DNA from: Candidatus Moraniibacteriota bacterium
GTDB taxonomy: Bacteria > Patescibacteriota > Minisyncoccia > Moranbacterales > DUUL01
NCBI GenBank assembly: GCA_041583775.1
Contig: JBFHFF010000002.1
Location: forward strand, 64,274 to 128,273
Reading direction: 5' to 3'
Length of the DNA stretch: 64,000 nucleotides
The notes under the pieces were generated by a model, which was not told where the DNA came from, did no database searches, and saw nothing but the letters and a program-made list of their open reading frames with translations. The position numbers and the translations under genes were made by a program. Shown here piece by piece: positions 51,114 through 62,250 of this stretch; positions within the stretch are counted from its first letter, which is position 1; each line of letters opens with the position of its first letter.

Positions 51114-51264
51114 TTTTTAAATAAAATTGTTCTTAAATAATTCTCGCCAGAAAATAAAATTTCTTTTTGACTTTTATTTACGAGCAATTCTGTTATTACT
51201 CCTGTCTTAAAAATTTTTAGTTTAAAAAACAGCCTCTCGGCGTTTCTTATTTTTTACTAAACTA

Positions 51265-51292
51265 ATTATACACGAACTGGTGATAATGTCAA
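51265..51292 (-). promoter_or_regulatory. sigma70 promoter of the secE-nusG-rplKA operon
   Basis: TTGACA-16-TATAAT. Confidence 0.7.
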
Positions 51293-51363
51293 TGATGACG
51301 CTCTTTATTTCAAGGTTTTGTATTTTTTCAAAAAAATTCACAAAACTCGTCTCAACATCTTGT

Positions 51364-52203
51364 TCACCTCACAGAATCCCATTCATCATCACTTCCGTAA
51401 ACCTTAGAGAGATTTTCGTCATCAAAGGGATTTGTTTCAATTTCAATTTCAACATTACTTCTATCCACTTCACCCTCAAATCTTACAGGAAAAAGCATAT
51501 TAAAATCCCTTCGGTTGCCAGCGCTAAAACCACCCAAAAGATCAGAGTTCGTAGCCAAAAGGACCCCGTCCTCATCCCTTAAAAAAGTTTTGACAAAAAC
51601 CTCCTCAAAATCAACATTTCCTCTATTTATAACAGTTCCCCAGACTCGAGAAAAATTAGCGACACCTCCTGTAAGTTCCTCGTAATGTTTTTCATTAATA
51701 ATAAAATCCGGTCCTTCAAAATCAGTATACTTCTCCCATTCAATCTCTTTAATATCTAACTCCATTCGAACTTTTACGGGTGGTGCAGAAAGTTCCATTC
51801 CCTGAACTAGTAGAGTTTTCTTTTCACCAGGCAAAGCAAAGCTTTTTATCCAATCAGACATAATTGCTTTTTCTCCGTTTTGTATCTCAACAACAACCCT
51901 GTATTTAAACTTGGAAGCACCATATTTATTGTTTGGGTTTTTTAAATAACCCACAAAATCATATTTGTTATCATAACTATAAACCCACTCGTAATTATCT
52001 ATTTTAATTGGTTCTAGTATTATTTTTTCGGTACATGGTTTGCATGGACCGCCACAATCAACATCTATTTCCCCTTGATTTCTTTTGTTGTCATCACAAG
52101 TTGCTGTTGTCTTGAATAATAAAAACAGTGTGCTAAAAAAAACAGCAAAAATGCCTATGTAGGCAAATGTAAGACGCATTCTTTTTCGAGACCTTTTTTG
52201 CAT
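51364..52203 (-). CDS. Membrane-anchored exported protein with CxDxxxNQGExxVDCGGPC motif
   Basis: N-terminal TM, Cys motif, two beta-rich domains. Confidence 0.7.
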   Translation of the reverse strand: MQKRSRKRMRLTFAYIGIFAVFFSTLFLLFKTTATCDDNKRNQGEIDVDCGGPCKPCTEKIILEPIKIDNYEWVYSYDNKYDFVGYLKNPNNKYGASKFKYRVVVEIQNGEKAIMSDWIKSFALPGEKKTLLVQGMELSAPPVKVRMELDIKEIEWEKYTDFEGPDFIINEKHYEELTGGVANFSRVWGTVINRGNVDFEEVFVKTFLRDEDGVLLATNSDLLGGFSAGNRRDFNMLFPVRFEGEVDRSNVEIEIETNPFDDENLSKVYGSDDEWDSVR

Positions 52204-52369
52204 TGCTTTTGTTTTCTATAGAAAAATGTATTTTTATTTTCAAATTCTCAAATGATACATTAACTATACCATCTACCCTCTATTTTGTCGATATGTTTTT
52301 ATTTATTTAGTTTTATCACAAAGTTTTATCTAACAAATTAAAGTATTCCTTGTATTATAAAAAATAAAA

Positions 52370-52403
52370 AGGGGCTGTGACTAAAATTCTAGTCACAGCC
52401 CTC
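52370..52403 (-). terminator. Intrinsic terminator
   Basis: GGGCTGTGACTA/TAGTCACAGCCC stem with T-tract on the minus strand. Confidence 0.8.
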
Positions 52404-52407
52404 TCGA

Positions 52408-52761
52408 CTATACGGCCTGGAGAAATTTGTATTTCTCCTCAAGCCAAAGAAATATTTTCCTCAGCTCATATCTATGCCTAGAAGGGCATAGATATACTTG
52501 CTGATATAATTTTCCGCTTGGCTCTTTCCAAGACGGAATTAACTCATACCTGACAGGAAAAATGATTTTCAATTTTTCCAGTCTTATTACTACATTTCTG
52601 ACAGTTTCGTATTCAACACTTGTCTCTTCAGAGATAGCGCTGATTGTGACTTCTTTTTTTTTCTGAGTAAGACATCTCAGATACAGAAAAGCCACCACCA
52701 GCCATGTGTTTTCTGTCCGGTAAACAACACCTTCTCCTCCTTTTTTTCTTCTTCCACTCAC
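52408..52761 (-). CDS. Winged-helix-like orphan protein
   Basis: TISAISEETSVEYETVRNVVIRLEK HTH-like segment, with its own promoter (52818-52846) and SD. Confidence 0.6.
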   Translation of the reverse strand: MSGRRKKGGEGVVYRTENTWLVVAFLYLRCLTQKKKEVTISAISEETSVEYETVRNVVIRLEKLKIIFPVRYELIPSWKEPSGKLYQQVYLCPSRHRYELRKIFLWLEEKYKFLQAV

Positions 52762-52982
52762 ATTGTCTCTCCCTTGAAGTACATCTTTTTTATTAAAAGA
52801 ACTACCAACAACAAAATACTATAATATAATCAAACGATTATGTCAATATAAAACTGTTTATAATTTTAATTCATAAGGGCATTTCCACTACTTCAATTCC
52901 CAATTCTCTATCTTCTTTATTTTTACAAAAAAGCAAGAGACTGCTATACTAAATTTGATTTAGTCGTCAAAAAAATAAAAAA

Positions 52983-53354
52983 ATGGGCAATTTTTTAAAA
53001 AGTCTTTCTTCTGGAGCCATTATAATTCTTTTGGTTTTTTTGTGTTTTTCTTTTGCAATACCAAAAACAGAAACTTATAAAACAAATATCACTGAAGAAA
53101 AAAACTATATCGCTGATTTTTGCAATGAAAATGAAGGCAGACATGAAGTTTCAACGAATGAGGACGGCTCATTTTCTGGTTCTTGTTTTTTTGATGACGG
53201 AAGTAGTTGTGACGATCTAGAGTTTTTTACCAAAAAATGCAAAAAGGGTGATACAAGCGAAAACAATTCAAAAAAAGAAACTTCTGTTGCAAAAGAAATA
53301 AATGAAAAAACTTGTATTATGGGAGAACCTGAGTGTGTTGTTTCAGGCGAATAG
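52983..53354 (+). CDS. DUF333-like Cys-rich exported protein
   Basis: A.FC...G...G.C.F.DGS.C...FF...C pattern. Confidence 0.6.
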   Translation: MGNFLKSLSSGAIIILLVFLCFSFAIPKTETYKTNITEEKNYIADFCNENEGRHEVSTNEDGSFSGSCFFDDGSSCDDLEFFTKKCKKGDTSENNSKKETSVAKEINEKTCIMGEPECVVSGE

Positions 53355-53434
53355 TCAAACTTTTCGAAGATAAAATTAAAAACTGTGCTACTAATAATAA
53401 GTACCACAGCCTTGTTTTTCGAAAAACCCCTTTC

Positions 53435-53569
53435 TCAATTTGAAGAAATTTTTGTAATAACTGTTTCCACAGTGATGGTGTCACTTTCCTTAGGGTTAAG
53501 TTGTCCAATCAAAAGCGTTAGGGTTAAACAAATAACAGCAAACAGTAAAGAATAAATGACTTTCTTCAT
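53435..53569 (-). CDS. Small or truncated exported peptide (44 aa)
   Basis: MKKVIYSLLFAVICLTLTLLIG..., AGGGAG SD upstream. Confidence 0.4.
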   Translation of the reverse strand: MKKVIYSLLFAVICLTLTLLIGQLNPKESDTITVETVITKISSN

Positions 53570-53620
53570 CTTTAATCTCCCTGGATTTTTAAAAAGAACT
53601 TGTTTTTATTTAAAAACTGG

Positions 53621-54124
53621 TTAGTACTTCTTTAAGAAAGCAAAATGTTGTGGCATGCTTATTGTATATTCTTCTGGATTTGTTTTTAGCCTATTTTCAA
53701 AGTCTTTTTTATTTATCCACATTATTTTATCAACTTCATCCCCCTGAAGAACAAGTTTATCAATTTCTAAATCTTCTTCTAAAAAATACCACTGACAGAA
53801 AAAATTGTATTTTCCCTTAACTCTGATTTTATCTATTTCTTTAAAATTATACTTTTCAAGGTCAATTCCAATTTCTTCCTCAGTCTCTTTTATTATATTC
53901 TCCCAATAACCCTCTTTTCTCTCTACTGTGCCAGACACAGCTGGTCCCCATTTTCCAGGATCATTTTTCTTGTTTATACTTCTTTTAGCAATTAAGATCT
54001 GATTTTTAGAATTACTAATCCATAAGGCAGAAACTCTATAAATATCACCCAATTCAATCGATTCTCTATTTTTAGTTCCAATTATATTGTCATTTTCATC
54101 AACAATAATAATTTTCTCTTTCAT
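53621..54124 (-). CDS. NUDIX hydrolase (IPP-isomerase-like)
   Basis: VDEND..IG, KRS..K...PGKW and ETEEEIGI motifs. Confidence 0.85.
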   Translation of the reverse strand: MKEKIIIVDENDNIIGTKNRESIELGDIYRVSALWISNSKNQILIAKRSINKKNDPGKWGPAVSGTVERKEGYWENIIKETEEEIGIDLEKYNFKEIDKIRVKGKYNFFCQWYFLEEDLEIDKLVLQGDEVDKIMWINKKDFENRLKTNPEEYTISMPQHFAFLKKY

Positions 54125-54461
54125 ATTTTTCTATTTTTAGCTTATATTCCCAAATTAAATATTTATTTTTCTCAAAATATATCTTTTTCTATAACATAAA
54201 TCTCCCTTTAAGGGAAACATTCCTATTATAACAAAAGCTTATTTCGTTGTCGATTGAAAAATATGCGCAAATCTCACCAATAGAGCCTATTACAAAAGAA
54301 AGCTACTGCAAATCAAGTAATCTAATGTACAAAAAACTGGCATTTTAATATTACAGTTCTTGACAAAAAGTAGATTAAGGTGTATAATTAAAAAAGTTCA
54401 TTACAAATCCCAGCCTTAATAAAAAATGTGCTTTAAGCACGAATTCAAAAAGGAGATTTCT

Positions 54462-54929
54462 ATGAGAAGTTTAATCTGTCTGTTTATTGTTGGGAATTTT
54501 TTGTTTTTTACACCTACATACTCGTATTCAGCTGTTTTCTATTCCTATGATTACAGAGCATTAAAGAAGGTGATTTCTTCTGATCATCTAGAAATAACGG
54601 GTGGGTCTCTGTTTTTCTCGTGGAACAGTTCTACAGAGACTTTCTATAGGATTTCAATCCCAATAGATCTGTGCGAATTTCGCGCGGGTCGAGAGAAAAC
54701 AGCTGATAATGCGGTGGACAAACTTTCTTTCGTGGTTTTCACAAGCTATATAGAAATAGCCTTTGAAAAACCAGAAGAGAAACAAGAATTTGAAAAAAGT
54801 CTCAACCAGGACTTTAGTTCAATTGAGTACACCCCCCAATCTCTTTTCAACACAAACTTAAAGGTGGGGGCTATTAAAAAAATTATTGTCTATTTGACCC
54901 CTGTTGACAGAAAAAATCTCAGGATTTAA
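54462..54929 (+). CDS. Exported orphan protein
   Basis: AAGGAG SD before ATG 54462, signal peptide, TTGACA-17-TATAAT at 54360-54388. Confidence 0.6.
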   Translation: MRSLICLFIVGNFLFFTPTYSYSAVFYSYDYRALKKVISSDHLEITGGSLFFSWNSSTETFYRISIPIDLCEFRAGREKTADNAVDKLSFVVFTSYIEIAFEKPEEKQEFEKSLNQDFSSIEYTPQSLFNTNLKVGAIKKIIVYLTPVDRKNLRI

Positions 54930-54945
54930 AAGGACAAACTCTACT

Positions 54946-54982
54946 AACAGGACCTATCGCAAATTAGCGTTTAGGTCCTGTT
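54946..54982 (+). terminator. Intrinsic terminator
   Basis: AACAGGACCTA...TAGGTCCTGTT-TT. Confidence 0.75.
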
Positions 54983-55015
54983 TTCTTTTTAATTCTTTTA
55001 GAAAAAAGACACAAA

Positions 55016-55051
55016 AAAACCGTGTTAACCCTAATAGATTAACACGGTTTT
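55016..55051 (-). terminator. Intrinsic terminator
   Basis: AAAACCGTGTTAA...TTAACACGGTTTT. Confidence 0.7.
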
Positions 55052-55563
55052 ACTTTTTGATGTTTAGTTTTTTTCATTTTTCAACGAAAAAAACATCGAA
55101 ATATTTTTTAAATCTTCCTTTCCTGACATCTATTTGGACTCCATTATCATCCACTACCACTTTTATAACTATACTACTTAGTGGTTTGTTGATATTTATT
55201 ACACTCAAAAAAATTCTTTTTGAAGAGTGTTTTTTTCTTGGAAGTCCTTTGCAAAAGAAGCCACCATACTTAAAACATCTTCCCTTGTATTAAGTGTTTT
55301 TTCTTCTTCTGAAATCTTCTCGCAGAATTTTTGAATAAATTTTTCCTCCAGTTTACTGACTGATTTTACTACGAGACGGTCTCCGTTACGAAGGGTAATG
55401 CAACAACCCTTCGGGTTATATAAGTGTGCTATTTTAAATGATAGCACAAATTGATGTTTTTGTCAATGTCTGTAATTCCTCCAGCCTTCCTACAAACGCA
55501 AAAAAACCAACACTTTCGCGTTGGTAACTTTTCTGAAAAATAGTTTCTATTTGATTACATTGT

Positions 55564-55671
55564 TCTCGGCACCGTCTTACTCTTGCCTTGCGGCTACCAT
55601 CAGCGCTAGAGTGCTTAACTTCTGTGTTCGAGATGGGAACAGGTGTACCCACTCCGCCAAAAGCACCGAGA
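55564..55671 (-). rRNA. rrf: 5S rRNA
   Basis: ACACCTGTTCCCATCTCGAACACAGAAGTTAAGC...GCTGATGGTAG conserved core. Confidence 0.93.
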
Positions 55672-55823
55672 ACAATGTAATCAAACCACAGATATAATAC
55701 TTTATACAAGCACTTTTGTCAATTCTATCAAACAGAAAATTTATTTCTCTTATTTGCTAGTCACATCAACCTAACAAAGAAACTAATACAAGATCAATCT
55801 CAATCGTTAGGTCAAAAAAGTAG

Positions 55824-58945
<3,122 letters not shown>

Positions 58946-59526
58946 TACTTTATGACTAACAAATAACAAAAATAAATTCTTGTAAATCTTTATTATTTTC
59001 TAATTTTCTTGTTGTTCGATAAAATTGCTATATTTATACAATATGTATTGTATATACTTACTTGTTTTTAGTATTCGCAAATGCTGTCGAAAGACATTTG
59101 CATACTACCTGTGTATATAATAAAGTTTTTTCTCTCTCTTTATTATATCTTTTTTACTATTGTTTATTCAATTGTCAAGGTATCTAATCTTTTAAATTCA
59201 TTCTTCATCCCGTTTATTAATAAAGGGATTTCACGAATAAAAGATTCACCAATAGAGGGAGCATCTATAATATGAGTATCGCCAACGCAATGACCCATGC
59301 TGCCCTTCCCCTATTGGTAAATCCTTTTTAACTTTAATGTGCTTTATTAAACAAAACAAAAACCGCCTCTTGTGCGGTTTAAAAAAGAAACTAAAAAGTT
59401 TGTCTTCAACCGCTTTTTAAATTTTGCTTATCAACGAAATTGATACGCGTCATTTATTATAGAGTTTTATGTTTTATTTAACACTTTTGAAAGCCACTTA
59501 ATCTCTTTCATGCGACTTCAGAATCA

Positions 59527-59554
59527 AATATAGCACCTTAAAAAATATTGTCAA
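59527..59554 (-). promoter_or_regulatory. Probable 23S promoter
   Basis: TTGACA-16-TATATT with TGn extension, about 580 bp upstream of the 23S. Confidence 0.6.
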
Positions 59555-59748
59555 GCATTGGACTCACCCGTTTCTATTGACATAAGCCTCAACAAGTCAT
59601 AATTCTTTCCTAAACCTTATGTATAAGCCAAAAAATACAACTATCATTCCCTAAAAAATCTCAAAGAAATGTTTTTTTATCCCTATAAATAAGTGCTTTT
59701 TCTTTGCCAATAAAAATACCTTCTTTTTGTTTTATTTTTTTTCATAAA

Positions 59749-62241
59749 TTAATACGAGTCAGTAAAAACACCATCCACTCCCAACTTACGAAATTTCAAA
59801 ATTTCTTTTCTATTATTAAGCGTATGAACAAAAGTCGTTACACCAATTTCTTGCAAACGAAAATTGAGTTCTTTATTAAATCTAGTTTTGCTCATAACTA
59901 CAATAGGAATGTTTTTTTTGTTTTTCTCCACGAAATCAAAAACATTATTATCTGAATCATTGTTTTTATATAAAGTATAGGCCATTTTTTCAAATCCCAA
60001 CTCTTGCTTTGTCATTTCAAAACTTGCCTTATCATATATTTGAGGAATGATTCTATTTAACAATTCTGGTGATATTATTCTTATTTCCTCAAATAGTTTT
60101 TTTGTTGTTTTTCCATAATCTTCATTTTTAATATCTGTTATTAAAATAATTTCTGGATTTTCCTTCATTTTTTGCATCAACTCTTCAAGAGACAGGGGTG
60201 TGAAACCTCCTGTTGCTTTGCTATTTAAAAATTGTTCTTTTGTTTTAGTGACTACTTCTTCGTGCGATAAAACAATTTCTTGATCCGAAGATAGCGTTAT
60301 ATCTACTTCAAAAATTTTACGCTTTCGCTCCAAACTTTTTTCTAAAGCTTCTTTAGAATTTGTGTAATAAAACCCGTTAATACCGCCTAGTGCATGCATC
60401 ACTATGTTGTTTTTGACTAAAGGAAAAAATTTCTCCGTCGTATTAATAGCTTTATTTTTTTCAATAATTTGCTCCAAAGGAAATTTTTCATCAGCATCTT
60501 TTTTTAAATCAAAAATTTTCCAGCTCTTTTCTTTACTATTATAAATATACTTATTGAAATTATCGTCAATAATGGCTACAAATTTTTCAGAAAATGGTTG
60601 CACTAAAAGAATTTGTTGATTTTCGTTGTCTTTTCTCTCTCCTAAAAAAGATTTTTGAAATTCATTTTCTGTGTATTCTAAGTTAAATAAATGAAAAAAG
60701 CTTGGCAAAACATCCATATGGCTATGAACCTCTTCTATGATTTCATTTTTATTTTTTTCTCCGTCACCAAATACCATTACAAGTTCTGTTTTAAAATTTT
60801 CCTCAAAAGCTCCGCTACCACAGAAACTATTACCAGGGTGTTCTCCAGAAGGCCAACTATGATCGCCTGTAATAATAACCGTATAATTTTTTTCTGGAAA
60901 GATTTTATTAATTTCATCCCAGGCAACTTTCAACTGTTTATCTTGCAAAAACATTGTATTTTCAAGTTTTTCTTTTTGGTTTTCGGGATTTTTATGTGGG
61001 ACTTCTTCAACAAACTCTTGTGGTGTTATAAATGGCCAATGGTTTGTCGGCCCAACTTCTAAAAACAAAAAATTATTCTTTTTTTGAAAATTTTCTCCAA
61101 TATAAGAAAAGGCTCTTTTATAAAAAATATCTTCTCGGTAACCCCAATTATATTGAGGGTCACCTTCTTGCATAATATCATCCGCATGCACCTCTGCAAA
61201 ACCAATATTGTGCATAAACTCACCCGTGTTTGTAAAATTCAAGTTATATGTTTTAAAAAATGCTGTTTGATAACCGAGTTGATTAAAAACTTCAGGAAGA
61301 CACAAAATCTCTTTGTCTTTTTTTGTTGCATTGAGATTACTATAAAAAGAAGACGGCAAAGAACAAAGTAAGTTTTCTTGTCCTAATATTGTTTGGACTC
61401 CATTGGCATAATAATTTGAAAAACGCATTCCATTTTTTGAAATTTGATATAAATTCGGAGTAATCTCTTTGGAACTTAATTTCCCATTAATACTTTCTAA
61501 TTGCAAAAAAATAATATTGTCGAGATACTTCGGTCTTTCTTCTGCTTCTTTTCCATCTTTCTTTTGTAGTATTTTCTGAGATAAATTTTTCTTGTTAACA
61601 ATTGATTTTTCTACTAAATCATCATAATAAAGCTGATATACTTCTACTGTCTCATCCTTTCCAAAAGCACTCTTAATAAAAAATAATGTCTCATTTAGAT
61701 ATTTATCTCCTTTAAAAACTGGTATTAATAAAAAAATAATCAAAAAGACAACCGCTATAGCATATCTTTTCACTCCCTTTATTTTTATTTTTACAAAAAA
61801 ATATCCACAAAAAAATGCAAAAAACAAGATCACGCTCAAAGTGTCCAAAAGCGGCATGTTGATATCTGGTAAATTTCCTCCATTAAAAGAAAAGAATGCA
61901 AAATCCAATCTCTTTTTTACAATTAAAAAGTATATCGACAAAACAAATTGAAAAAAGAAAACTAAACTTCCTATTAAAATAGCCAGGATTGGGCTTATTT
62001 TTTTAGCTAATGAAATTAAAATCAATACAAAAAAACATAGTTGCAAAATTTTAACAATTTCCGCTAATGAACTGTTAGAGCCATAAGACTCCTTTGATAA
62101 AAAAAATATAATAAAAAATGCTATTATAAAAAAAATTAATGCGGAAAAAACAAAAATGCCTTGTTTCAAAAGGGACCATTTTTCTGACTTTAAAATTTCT
62201 TTTTTTATTAGACTCACATTTACCAAGTCTTTATAATTCAA
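59749..62241 (-). CDS. LTA-synthase-family sulfatase fused to a C-terminal GDPD domain
   Basis: TMs, NIIFLQLES, TNHWPF, ITGDHS; then MHALGG..YTNS.EA, EVDI..S.D and GVDGVFTD. Confidence 0.8.
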   Translation of the reverse strand: MNYKDLVNVSLIKKEILKSEKWSLLKQGIFVFSALIFFIIAFFIIFFLSKESYGSNSSLAEIVKILQLCFFVLILISLAKKISPILAILIGSLVFFFQFVLSIYFLIVKKRLDFAFFSFNGGNLPDINMPLLDTLSVILFFAFFCGYFFVKIKIKGVKRYAIAVVFLIIFLLIPVFKGDKYLNETLFFIKSAFGKDETVEVYQLYYDDLVEKSIVNKKNLSQKILQKKDGKEAEERPKYLDNIIFLQLESINGKLSSKEITPNLYQISKNGMRFSNYYANGVQTILGQENLLCSLPSSFYSNLNATKKDKEILCLPEVFNQLGYQTAFFKTYNLNFTNTGEFMHNIGFAEVHADDIMQEGDPQYNWGYREDIFYKRAFSYIGENFQKKNNFLFLEVGPTNHWPFITPQEFVEEVPHKNPENQKEKLENTMFLQDKQLKVAWDEINKIFPEKNYTVIITGDHSWPSGEHPGNSFCGSGAFEENFKTELVMVFGDGEKNKNEIIEEVHSHMDVLPSFFHLFNLEYTENEFQKSFLGERKDNENQQILLVQPFSEKFVAIIDDNFNKYIYNSKEKSWKIFDLKKDADEKFPLEQIIEKNKAINTTEKFFPLVKNNIVMHALGGINGFYYTNSKEALEKSLERKRKIFEVDITLSSDQEIVLSHEEVVTKTKEQFLNSKATGGFTPLSLEELMQKMKENPEIILITDIKNEDYGKTTKKLFEEIRIISPELLNRIIPQIYDKASFEMTKQELGFEKMAYTLYKNNDSDNNVFDFVEKNKKNIPIVVMSKTRFNKELNFRLQEIGVTTFVHTLNNRKEILKFRKLGVDGVFTDSY

Positions 62242-62250
62242 ATATTTTAG

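Noticed and set aside
55434-55709. 91-aa ORF
   Set aside because: It overlaps the 5S rRNA.
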